From the NCBI GenBank assembly GCA_963713045.1, contig CAVQKE010000006.1:353356-417355 (forward strand): DNA of 64,000 bases, read 5' to 3'. The stretch's first letter is position 1, and the number at the start of each line of letters is the position of its first letter. A model generated the notes under the pieces. It was not told the origin of the DNA. It did not search any database and saw nothing but the letters and a program-made list of their open reading frames with translations. Below, in pieces: positions 44,980 through 56,881 of the stretch. The position numbers were made by a program, and so were the translations under genes. Origin of the DNA: an uncultured delta proteobacterium (GTDB lineage: Bacteria; Myxococcota; Myxococcia; Myxococcales; Myxococcaceae).

Positions 44980-46111
44980 ATGCGCGTGCTCCACTTGTGC
45001 TCAGGAAATTTGTACGGCGGAATCGAGACCCTTCTCTTAACGTATGCCCGCAGCTCGAAAATTTGGCCGAGGATTCAGCACAGATTTGTTCTGACCCATT
45101 CCGGACGGCTGGAAAACGAACTTAGGTCGGCCGGGGCTTCGGTTGATTCTTGTCGGCCCTGCAAGGTTGCGCAGTCCTTGGAGTGTTTTTCGGGCGCGTG
45201 CTCGGCTAATGGAGTTGCTTAGAGCCAGCAACGCTGACGTGGCTCTTAGCCATGGGCCGTGGCCGCACCTCGTATTGGCGCCAGCTGTTCGGCGGTGCGC
45301 GATTCCGGTTGTCCTGTATTTGCACGCGCCCATCCGGCTCCACTGGCTTGACCAGTTGGCTCTTCGCGTTGGGCACACAGCCGTTCTTGCAAACAGCGAA
45401 TTCACGAAACTGCGCTCCGCGCGCTATTTCAAATTTCGGTCCGTCGACACTTGCTATTATCCCGTGTTCGACTCCGTCCACCATGGCCGCTCGACGCTTC
45501 GAGACGAGTTGAATCTGGGGGAACAAGTCGTTGTTCTTCAAGCCAGTCGGCTAGATCCTTACAAGGGATTCGAGTTGCATATCCGAGCGCTCGCCCTGTT
45601 GCGGGAAGATCCACGCTGGGTTGCGCTCTTTGTTGGTGGGCCGCAGAGTGCACGCGAATCGCGATACGTGGCGCGTCTCAAATCTCTGGCTGAAAAGCTG
45701 GGAATAACGTCAAGGGTACGCTTCCTAGGGCACAGATCAGATGTTAGAGCTTTAATGGAAGGCGCGGACATATTCTGCCAACCAAATAGCGGCCCCGAAC
45801 CCTACGGACTGGTATTTGTTGAAGCGCTTTACGCGGCTCTCCCGATTGTCACGACGGGGATGGGCGGCGCAGCTGAGATTCTCGCGAAGGATTGGGGCGT
45901 GCAAGTTTTGCCCGAACCCAGCTCTGTGGCAGTTGCTCTTTCTCGCTTAATCGCCTCACGCGACGCTAGGCGCGCCCTTGGGAGGCTTGGACCCGAGCGC
46001 GCGCGCTTTCTGTGCGACCCGTCCAAAGCACTTAAGGCTCTTGAGGATAAGCTTGGAGGACTGACCGATAGAGCTCGCTCGGCGGACGGTGGGAGCCAGT
46101 CGTGGGTTTAA
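44980..46111 (+). CDS. glycosyltransferase family 4; frameshift near 45150
   Basis: MRVLH..GNLYGGIE, SRLDPYKG, FLGHRSDV, PEPYGLVFVEAL. Confidence 0.85.
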
Positions 46112-47305
46112 TATTTTGTGTGGTCTTCTTTGCGCTCGGTGGCATTTTAGCTCAATGGAAACTAGCGCACGGCATCGGATTTGTAATTGCCGTTGGCTGT
46201 ATTTATGGCTGGTTACGTTGCTACTTCTTTGACGGATTCACCCATTACAGCTTCGACGCCGCTCTCTTAGGCCTTTACCTTGGGGCCTATCCGAAACTAC
46301 GTGCTTTCATTGCTCACGACCGCACGGGTCTCACACAGTGGGTGGCTCTCCTGGGGTGCTGGCCGCTCTTTGTCGTTATAGTAAGCCCGTTTCTCGACGC
46401 ACAGCCATTAATTATTCAGATTGTCGGCTTGCGGAACGCGGTACTCTTTCTTCCGGCCCTTTTGGTGGGCGCGCTCCTGAGATCGGAAGATCTAAACGTA
46501 CTAGGCGCTTGGTGCGCCGCCATTGCCTTCGGTGAAGCGGCCTTTGCAGGGGGGGAGCTTATGTGGGGTTTACAGGCCGCGTTCCCAGACAATGCCGCCT
46601 CAAGCATAATATATATATCTAGAGATGTCGCGGGAACAGAGTACCGTATACCAGCGTCGTTTTCTTCGGCACACGCCTATGGCGGAACAATGGTAGCCAT
46701 TATACCATTTTTGGTGCACCTACTGACGACAGGTAAGGGTTGGCGAAGCGTAACGTTGGCTGCATTGACGCTCGCAGCAATTGGGGTTTTTGTTTGCGGG
46801 GCGCGTACGCCGGTCATTGCACTTTGGGGCGTGCTAGGGGGAGCAATCTACGGGCTGCGCAGAAGGCCGGGACTAGTGGTCGGCCTTGTGGGAGCAGCTT
46901 TCGTGGTAGTGCTAGTAGTGCGTGAGAGCGACCGTCTGCAGCGTTTCGAGAGCCTCTCGGATTCGGAGTTAGTAGAGCGTCGGGTGGGAACCAGTGTTAA
47001 TCTCTCATTCTTTGAGATTGTCGCGACCTATCCACTCGGCAAAGGGCTTGGAGGGGCGACCGGGACAAGCGTACCGTTTTTTTTGGAGGACGTTGCGTTG
47101 CCACAGGTGGGAATGGAGAACGAATTTGGGCGACTCGCACTTGAAGAGGGACTGATTGGACTAGTTCTTTGGGCCACGTTTGTTATTTGGGCACTGTTTA
47201 GGGGGCCCGGCAGGCTTATGCGCTTCGGGGGGGCAAGTGATCAGGCGCTGTGGGCGCTTGCGTGGACGGCGTGGATCCTTTCGTTCATTGGCACAGGGAC
47301 GCTAT
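46102..47305 (+). CDS. Wzy/O-antigen polymerase-like membrane protein; C-terminus cut at the junction
   Basis: About ten TM helices; RIPASF..AHAYG, GART, YPLG.GLG and ENEFGR..LE.G motifs. Confidence 0.65.
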
Positions 47306-48260
47306 CCAGGCCGGTGTAGGTGTGGGAGCCATCGATATCGCCCTGGTAGGCGTTGACGTCGATGGCGTCATCGCCCTGGGCCGCGGTGCCGTTGAGGACG
47401 ACGCTCTGGGTGGCGAGCAGGCCTTGTCGGTGTAGGGGCGTTCTGGGGCACGGTGGGGGTGAGGGTGAGCAGGGTGCCGGTGCCGCCGCTGGGGTTCCAG
47501 TGGCCGCCGCCGCTGCCGCCGACGATGGTGAAGGTGATCAGCATGTGGTGGGCGTCGATGCTGGTGAAGCTGATCGGGTTGAGGACGAGGTTGCCGTTGC
47601 TGGCGGCGTCGGTCGAGAGGGTGGCCGCCGTCACGCTGAGGAGGGTCGGGTCATAGGTCAGGGTGAAGGAGAGGGACTGGACGGCGGAGGTGATGCCGCT
47701 CAGGGTGATGGGCAGTCCGGTGCTGGAGTTGGGGATGTTGACGGTCTGGCCGGGCCCGCGGGCGACGAAAGCGGCGGTGACCACCGGGGTGACGAGCGGG
47801 CTGGCGACGGTGAGGGGCTGGCTGTAATTGCTGGCGAGGGTGGCCCCGCCGACGGCCTTGACGGAGTTGGTGACGGCGACGGTGTAGTTGCCGGGAGCCA
47901 GTTCGCCCGCGGTGGCGACGAAGGTGGCGACGTTGGGATGGGTGGCGTCGATGAGCAGCGAGCCCTTGAGGCGGCCCCCCCGGCCGGCCAGGGTGATGTT
48001 CGGCGCCACGGCGGTGGCGCCGGGGCTGTAGAACAGCTGGGTGGTGTTGGGATCGACGGGGCCGTCGAAGACCAGCTGGACGTAGTTGCCCGCGAGAGTC
48101 CGCCGAGTCTACCTGGAGGAGCTGACGACGTTCTGGGTGACCGAGAGGGAGGTGCTGGTGGTGAAGTTCCCCTGGGTGGCGAAGGTGGCGGTGATGGGGT
48201 GGCTGCCGACGGCCAGCTGGGCGGCCGTGCTGAGGGTGATCGTGGCGTTGCCGCTGGCGT
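47306..48260 (-). CDS. internal fragment of a large planctomycete-type surface protein (Ig-like, cohesin-like, dockerin-like); frameshifted, both ends missing
   Basis: GNATITL..LAVGSHPITATF (Ig-like); FVARGPGQTVN, LSFTLTYDPTLLSVT (cohesin-like); AYQGDIDGSHTYTGLD. Confidence 0.6.
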
Positions 48261-49570
48261 CCCGACCAGCGCCTCGTCGGCCCCGAGGATCTTCTCGGCG
48301 ACGACGTAGAGCGGCCGGCCCAGCGGGCCGCCCGGCTGGTCCAGCCGCGCGGCGATGAGCTCCTTCAGCGGGCCCTCGACCTCGTCCCAGTCCGCCTCCT
48401 GCGGCGGGACCGGCCTCGAACGCCCGGCGGGCCATCGCCAGAGCGTGGTGCTCCTGGAGCCGGCGGAAGTACTGCGCGGGGTCGTAGAGCCCGTCGGGGT
48501 GGTCGATCCGCAACCCGTCGATCTCCCCTTCGGCCACCAGCCGCAAGACCAGGCGGTGGGCGGCCTCGAAGACCTCCTCGCGCTCGATGCTCAGCGCCGC
48601 CAGGTCGTTGACGTCGAAGAACCGCCGGTAGTTGATCTCGTCGGGGGCCACCCGCCAGTAGGCCAGGCGGTAGCACTGCTGCTCCAGGAGGCCGTCGAGC
48701 AGGTCGAAGCTCCGCGGGTCGCCCGGCCGGCCGTTGAACGCGGCCACGTTCTCCTCGATGAACCCCCGCACCGGCGCTGCTCGGCGGCCAGCGCCGCGAG
48801 CCGCCGCTTGACCACCTCCTTCTCCCGCTGGTGCTCGGCGATCCGCTCGGGCTCGGTCTCGTGGGGCTCGGGCAGGTTGCGGACGGCGGTCAGGATGCTC
48901 TGGTACTCGATGAGCGCGGGGTCCTCGGGTCCCAGGGTGTCCTCCAGCTCGTCGAGCCGGTGCGCGAGGATACTGGCGTAACTGCGCGGCGACGCCGGGA
49001 ACCGCCGGTCGTAATAGCGGATCGCGAACGCCCCGTCGGCGAAGGCCAGCTCGAGCTGGCCGGCCTCGAGGACGTCGCCGTAGGGGTCGCCCAGGACCGC
49101 GAGCAGGACCTTGTCCTGCAGCTCCCGGCGGGGCGAGGAGTGCCAGGCGATGTCGAAGTACGCGCCGTAGCGCGAGGCCGGGCCGTTCTCCAGCACATCG
49201 TTCCACCAGGCGTTCTCGTTGGTGCCGACCCCCATGTGGTTGGGCACGGTGTCGAGGATCTGCCCCAGGCCGCCGTCGCGCAGGGCGGCGACCCAGGCCT
49301 CGTAATCCTCGTCGGTGCCGATCTCCGGGTTCAGGCGGCCATGGTTGACGATGTCGTAACCGTGCGTGCTCCCCGGCCGGGCCTTCAGGTACGGCGAGGC
49401 GTAGGCGTGGGTGATCCCCAGGTTGCGCAGGTAGGGCGCGATGGCCGTGGCGTCGCGGAAGGTGAAGCCGGCGTGGAGCTGGAGGCGGTAGGTCGATTCG
49501 GGCAGCCGCGCCGGGCGGCCGACTCCGCGGCCCGCGCCAGCAGGGTCTCGGCGAGCGGGTTCGGATCCAT
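48261..49570 (-). CDS. treY: malto-oligosyltrehalose synthase; N-terminal half only, frameshifted
   Basis: PESTYRLQ, YASPYLKARPGSTHGYD, DTVPNHM, YRLAYWR..INYRRFFDVNDLA, GLRIDHPDGLYDP; ends abruptly after VAEKIL. Confidence 0.9.
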
Positions 49571-49584
49571 GAGGCCCTCTCTTC

Positions 49585-49626
49585 AGTGGCAAGTGGCGAG
49601 TGGCGAGCGGCAAGTAGCAAGTCGGA
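49585..49626 (+). repeat. six tandem degenerate heptamers (AGTGGCR); inverted partners at 51760-51779
   Basis: agtggca agtggcg agtggcg agcggca agtagca agtcgga; reverse complement of 51760-51779 reads agcggcg agcggcc agtga. Confidence 0.75.
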
Positions 49627-49723
49627 GTTGGCACGTCGGAGGTGACAAGTCAACAAATTGCGGCGAGGAATCCCCCCGGCTTCAGCCGTGGGGAGGAATC
49701 GCCGCCCCGTCGGGCCAGTCGGG

Positions 49724-49752
49724 TTGACTGGGTGATGAGATTCGTCTAAAAT
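49724..49752 (+). promoter_or_regulatory. sigma-70-type promoter for leaderless tnpB
   Basis: TTGACT-N17-TAAAAT, then 6 nt, then ATG 49759; no Shine-Dalgarno sequence. Confidence 0.7.
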
Positions 49753-49758
49753 GCATAT

Positions 49759-50859
49759 ATGAAACTCACCGTCCGGATCAGGCTCATGCCCGACGCCGAA
49801 CAGGCGATCTGCCTGAAGGCGATGACGACAAGATTCAACGCCGCCGCCGACTGGATCGCCGGGGAACTGTTCGCCCGCGAGGTCTCGAATAAGATCGAGG
49901 CCCAGCGGCTCCTTTATCGCGAGATCCGCGAGCGCTTCGAGTTGTCGGCGCAAACGGCCATACTCTGCATCCACCGGGCCTGCGAGGCGTACCGGCGGGA
50001 CAAATCGGTGCGGCCGCGGTTCCGCAAGGATGCCGCGATCACCTACGATGTCCGCACGATGAGCTTCAAGGGTATCGACAAGGTCAGTCTCCTGACGCTC
50101 GACGGCCGGATCATCGTCCCGATGGTCGTCACCGGCTATCAGGCGGAACGAATCGCACACCCCAAGGGGCAATGCGATCTGCTCCGGGCCAAGGACGGCA
50201 AGTGGTTCGTGTTCGTCACGGTGGACCTGCCCGACGGCTCGCCGATCGAGCCGGACGATTTCATTGGGGTCGATCTCGGCATCGCCAACATCGCCACCGA
50301 TTCCGACGGCAACCGGCACTCCGGCCAGGACGTCGAGCGGGTCCGGCGGAAGCACAATCTCCAGCGGAAGCGGCTGCAGCGCCGAAACACCCAGGGGGCC
50401 AAGAAGAAGATCCGGCGGATGAAGGACAAGGAGGCCCGGTTCCGCCGTCACCAGAACCATGTGATCTCCAAGGCGATCGTCGAGTCCGCCAAGTGCACCG
50501 ATCGTGGGATCGCCCTCGAAGACCTCGACGGCATCCGCGAGCGGGTCACGGCTCGGGGCGGTGACGCTCGCAATCGACTCAGCGGCTGGGCCTTCGCGCA
50601 ACTCGGCTCGTTCATCGGCTACAAGGCGAAACTGGCGGGCGTCCCGGTGGTCTCCGTGGACCCACGGAACACCAGCCGGACCTGTGCCGAGTGCGGACAT
50701 TGCGAGCAGGCCAACCGCAAGAGCCAAGGCGAATTCTCCTGCCAGGCGTGCGGCCACCAAGCCCATGCCGACGCGAACGCCGCCCGGAACATCCGGGCTC
50801 TGGCCGTTGCTAAGCCGGCCACAGGACTGGAAAACCAGCCGGGCAACCGGGTGGCTTAA
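49759..50859 (+). CDS. tnpB: RNA-guided endonuclease TnpB
   Basis: RuvC-I IGVDLGI, RuvC-II IALEDL, TSRTCAECGH..CQACGH zinc finger, RuvC-III ADANAARNI; intact 366 aa. Confidence 0.95.
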   Translation: MKLTVRIRLMPDAEQAICLKAMTTRFNAAADWIAGELFAREVSNKIEAQRLLYREIRERFELSAQTAILCIHRACEAYRRDKSVRPRFRKDAAITYDVRTMSFKGIDKVSLLTLDGRIIVPMVVTGYQAERIAHPKGQCDLLRAKDGKWFVFVTVDLPDGSPIEPDDFIGVDLGIANIATDSDGNRHSGQDVERVRRKHNLQRKRLQRRNTQGAKKKIRRMKDKEARFRRHQNHVISKAIVESAKCTDRGIALEDLDGIRERVTARGGDARNRLSGWAFAQLGSFIGYKAKLAGVPVVSVDPRNTSRTCAECGHCEQANRKSQGEFSCQACGHQAHADANAARNIRALAVAKPATGLENQPGNRVA

Positions 50860-50916
50860 CCGGAAATCCCCCGCCTTCAGGCGTGGGGAAGCTTAACAGG
50901 GTGTACGAAAAGCCAG
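50760..50916 (+). ncRNA. predicted omega RNA (reRNA); 5' boundary is a guess, guide about 50897-50916
   Basis: Inferred from the established overlap of omega RNA with the tnpB 3' end and right-end hairpin; not directly demonstrable from sequence. Confidence 0.5.
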
Positions 50917-51742
50917 TTTGGGCCTATAATTCCGCATGAAACCCAAACGCTACCCGTCCGATCGGACTCGGACCCAGTGGAAACGCCTCAAGCGGTTGCT
51001 GCCGCCGGCCAAGCCCGGCGGACGACCTCGCTCCGTGAATCTGCGGGAGGTCCTCAACGGCATCTTCTACATCCTCCGCGGCGGCTGTGCCTGGCGGATG
51101 ATGCCCACGGATCTGCCCCCGTGGAGTACCTGCTACGACTACTTCCGTAAGTGGCGCGACGCCGGCACCTGGGCAAAGATCAACGACGCGCTGCGGACCC
51201 AGGTCCGCCGACGCGCCGGGCGGAAGAAGAGCCCCAGCATGGGTATCATCGATAGTCAGAGCGTCAAGACCACCGAGCGCGGCGGCCCGCACGGCAAGGA
51301 CCCGTTCAAGAAGGTCAACGGGCGGAAGCGTCACCTGGTCGTCGATACGCTGGGGATGGTCGTGGCCGCGGCGGTCCACTCGGCGGGCATCCAGGATCGG
51401 GACGCGCCAAGCGGGTCCTGGGGAAGATGGTCGGCCGCTTCCCGCGGCTGGAGAAGATCCTGACCGACGGGATCTACAACGGCGGGATCGCTGAGTGGGC
51501 CCGCGCGGTCGGTGGTTGGCTCCTGGAGATGGTAGTCCGTCCCGAGGGGGAGACGGAGTTCAAGGTCCTGAAGTGGCGGTGGATCGTGGAGCGGACATTC
51601 GCCTGGCTGGGCCGCTACCGGCGCTTGAGCAAGGATTACGAGGGGAGCGAGGAGTCGAGCGAATCTTGGATCTATGTGGCTATGACTCATTTCATGCTCC
51701 GGCGCCTCGATCCAGCTTGATCGAGGCTTTTCGTACACCCTT
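50897..51742 (+). mobile_element. IS5-family (IS1031-like) insertion sequence, 846 bp
   Basis: Perfect 17-bp inverted repeats agggtgtacgaaaagcc (50898-50914) and ggcttttcgtacaccct (51725-51741); TAA direct repeat at 50894-50896 and 51743-51745. Confidence 0.92.
50936..51720 (+). CDS. IS5-family DDE transposase; one-base frameshift near 51405
   Basis: YPSD..QW, GC.WR..P.D.PPW.T.Y.YF..W, IIDSQSVK, GRKRHL.VDT.G, DGIY, RWIVERTFAW..R.RRL.KDYE; TATAAT 5 nt before the ATG. Confidence 0.92.
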
Positions 51743-51776
51743 TAAGACCCGTCTTCTCTTCACTGGCCGCTCGCCG

Positions 51777-53962
<2,186 letters not shown>

Positions 53963-54031
53963 CGCGTCAACTCTCTGCAGCCCGAGGCTGTGCCAGGGTT
54001 CGTATCATGAGCTCCGTCCTCGTCTCGCTCC

Positions 54032-55902
54032 TCAACGGTCGGGGAAGGTCCGCCAGGAAGGTGGGCCAAGGACAATGAACTCGAACGGTGCCAGCTCGTC
54101 AATCGGCCCGGCCTCGCGGCCGCCGTATTCCGGGACCTCCGAGCGGAGCAGGGCCGGCACCTTGCCGCTGACGATGTCCGGCGGGAGCCCGACCGGCCGG
54201 TCGCCGAGGTTGAACAGCACCCACACCCGGCCGCCGGAGGCCGCGCCGCCGCGGACGAGTTCCAGCACCGGGCCGCCGGCGCCTGGCCCCCCCTCCAGCA
54301 GCCGCACCGAGCGGTTCTCGAAGTCGCGCACCGCCGGCCACTCGCGCCGCGCCGTCAGGAGGTCGCGGTAGAGCCGCGCAGGGCCGCCCGGGGCGTCCCC
54401 TCGGGCCACGACCAGCTCAGCCGGGCCGAGGCGAAGGTCTCTTCACCCTGGGGGTCGGGCACCTTGCCGTGCCAGGAGAAGGCGTCGAACTCCTTCTTCC
54501 GCCCCTCGCGCACCGCCTCGACCAGCGCCGGGTCATCGAACGAGCAGAAGAAGGGGAACGGGTTCTCCTCGCCGTACTCCTCGCCCATGAACAGGAGCGG
54601 CAGGTACGGCGAGAGCAGGAGCAGCCCGGCCGCCAGTCGCTGCTTCGCCGGGGGGCCGAGCATCGCATTGAGCCGGTCGCCCCGCGCGGTTGCCCACCTG
54701 GTCGTGGTTCTGGAGGCAGACGACGAACCGGTCGCCGGAGAGGCCGACGGGCGGCGCCCGTGCTTGCGGCCGCGGAACGGGCTGTAATCCCACGCGTACA
54801 CGAACGGGCATTCGAAGGCCCGGGCCAGTTGCCCGGGCTCGCCGAAATCGACGTAGTACCCGGCACGCTCGCCGGTGAGGAAGGCGTGCGCCGCGTGATG
54901 GAAGTCGTCGGCCCACTGGGCGGCCAGGGCGAAGCCGCCGCGCTCGCGAGGGTAGAGCAGCCGGGGGTCGTTGAGGTCGCTCTCGGCGACGATGGTCGCC
55001 GGCCAGCCCCGGCGGTCGCCGACCCCCTCGGCGACCTCCTCGATCGCCCGGAGGATGTGCCGCCCGCCCAGGTCGAACACGGCATGCACGGCGTCCAGGC
55101 GGAGGCCGTCGAAGTGGAATTCTTCCAGCCACATCCGGGCGTTGTCCAGGGCGTAGTCGCGCACCGCGTCGCAGCCGTGGCCGTCGTAGTTGACCGCGGA
55201 GCCCCAGGGGGTCTTGTACCGGTCGTTGAAGTATCGGCCGAACTCGCCCAGGTAGTTCCCCTCGGGGCCGAGGTGGTTGTAGACGACGTCGAGGTAGATC
55301 GCCAGGCCCTCGGCATGGCAGGCGTCCACCAGCCGCGCCAGGCCGTGCGGGCCGCCGTAGCTGTCCTGCGCCGCGTAGGGATACACGCCGTCGTATCCCC
55401 AGTTCCGCGCGCCCGGGAACTGGCCGACCGGCATGATCTCGACGGCCGTGACGCCCAGCTCACGCAGGTCGCGCAGCCGGGGGATGACGCCCTCGAACGT
55501 CCCCTCGGGAGAGAACGTGCCGACGTGCAGCTCGTAGAAGACGAGGTCCTCGCGGCGGACCCCTGTCCAACCGCCGTCGGTCCACGAGAACCGATCCGGC
55601 CGCACGATGGCCGACGGCCCGTGGACCCCCTCGGGCTGCCAGAGCGAGCAGGGGTCGGGCCGCTCGGGACCGTCGTCGAGCCGGAAGGCGTATCGCTGAC
55701 CCTCGGGTACGTTCGCTCCCCGGTGTCGGTGATAGCCGCCCGCCTCCGGCCGCATCGCGACCGTGCGCCGTGCCGCGCCGTCGATCAGGACCAGGTCCAC
55801 CCGCCGCGCAGCGGGCGCCCAGACCCGAAAGAGGACCGACCCGTCCGGAGGTCCCACCGCGCCGCACCGGCGCGCCGGCCCGACCCGCTTGGTTTCGCTC
55901 AT
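54032..55902 (-). CDS. treZ: malto-oligosyltrehalose trehalohydrolase; frameshifts near 54750, 54690 and 54370
   Basis: FRVWAP, QPEGVHGPS, YELHVGTF, RNWGYDGV, DVVYNHLGPEGNY, GLRLDAVH, QNHDQVGNR, LFMGEEY. Confidence 0.94.
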
Positions 55903-55944
55903 AACGACCGCGCTGCGCCTCGTCCGGTTCCGGTCAGGGCGCCG

Positions 55945-56616
55945 CTACGGCTCCAGTCCCTCCACCGTTTCCGTTCCTGCGGGAGGCTTGAACGCAAACC
56001 GCCCATCCCCGATGGCCACATCTTCCTTCATCTCTGTAAAGCGATATTCCGTGGCCGCACCGTCCAGTTCCTGGATGACAATGCGGACAATCCGATGGTC
56101 CGGCGTGATCTCCAGCAGAATCTCACTTACCCGGTCCGCCAGGGCCTGCGGTACGCCTCGCAGGACCACATTTCCGGCCCCCAGAGGCTCTACATCTGGA
56201 GCTAGAGATAATCCCTGCAACTCTTTCTCCAGCTTGGTTTTACCCAACAAGAATGCCAGTGGGGATCGAACATCCTCCAACTTCTTGGCCGCCGTCTTGC
56301 GCGCCTGCCGGTCGTCGGGGACGTAAAACCACGCATCTCTCCCATCGCTGATAAACAGCTTCTCTCTGGGAGAACGATACTGCCAGCGCATCTTGCCAGG
56401 TTTTTTCAGCCAGAGGGTCCCACTTTCGGTGCGGTCCATCCCTGAGCCGCGGTAGATCTCGGTAAACTCGGCCTGCAGCGAGTGCAGGTGGTTATAGTGG
56501 GCATCGACCGCCGCCGCTAGGGATTTGACGTCAGAAGCAAACCCGGAGGCAGTTCCCGCGGTCATCAGAGACCACACCATCGCAGAGCGCAGCCAACGGA
56601 CTTGCATTTCGATCAC
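55945..56616 (-). CDS. lolA: outer-membrane lipoprotein carrier protein
   Basis: LQAEFTE, ESGTLWLKKPGKMRWQY, LFISDG, SPLAFLLG, F.FKPP.G; start uncertain. Confidence 0.9.
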   Translation of the reverse strand: MIEMQVRWLRSAMVWSLMTAGTASGFASDVKSLAAAVDAHYNHLHSLQAEFTEIYRGSGMDRTESGTLWLKKPGKMRWQYRSPREKLFISDGRDAWFYVPDDRQARKTAAKKLEDVRSPLAFLLGKTKLEKELQGLSLAPDVEPLGAGNVVLRGVPQALADRVSEILLEITPDHRIVRIVIQELDGAATEYRFTEMKEDVAIGDGRFAFKPPAGTETVEGLEP

Positions 56617-56742
56617 TTTTTCACCGGGTACCGTCCGCGTGTTGGCTCACTAGTAAGCTCCCTCGCGCGAACTCGGGAGGGAAACACAGACGGGCTCCTA
56701 CGGGAGGGCTCCTTGGATGATTGTAAGCGGAGGAGAGCAAGT

Positions 56743-56857
56743 TGTCATTTTCGGGCGAGCAGGGCTTGCCTCAAGCGCGGGCATTCTCATCCGCGCCATT
56801 AATAGCACCGGCCTATGTAGGGTTCCTCGCCCGGCTATCGCCGCGCTCAAAGTGACA
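56743..56857. repeat. degenerate palindromic intergenic (REP/BIME-like) element
   Basis: Ends tgtcattttcgggcg and cgctcaaagtgaca are imperfect inverted repeats enclosing the hairpin gcgcggg..ccgcgc. Confidence 0.35.
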
Positions 56858-56881
56858 TGCGGCTGAAATAATCAACCAACT

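Larger units (their letters stand above)
49654..50896 (+). mobile_element. tnpB-only IS200/IS605-family (IS1341-type) element
   Basis: Left hairpin tccccccggc-ttca-gccgtgggga (49671-49694) and right hairpin tcccccgcc-ttca-ggcgtgggga (50867-50889); guide GAAT with upstream TCAA (49650-49653) and guide AAAT with terminal TTAA (50893-50896) follow IS608-type pairing rules; no tnpA. Confidence 0.85.

Noticed and set aside
48240..48300. Apparent TreY-Ig-domain fusion
   Set aside because: TreY is cut mid catalytic domain, which is best explained as an artificial join
49585..49626. CRISPR-like array next to a Cas12-related nuclease
   Set aside because: Contiguous 7-mers without spacers; no repeat-spacer array was noticed anywhere in the window
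48109..50766. 885-aa minus-strand ORF
   Set aside because: A patchwork of antisense tnpB, off-frame and in-frame treY and the surface-protein fragment across a chimeric junction
51380..51430. Programmed frameshift in the IS5 transposase
   Set aside because: No A-rich slippery run at the site. Restoring one G gives the usual RDGA motif, so it is more likely an error or a simple mutation.
49654..51742. A single composite transposon in which the IS5 transposase mobilises tnpB
   Set aside because: The IS5 TIRs and TAA duplication enclose only the transposase, and tnpB has its own hairpin ends
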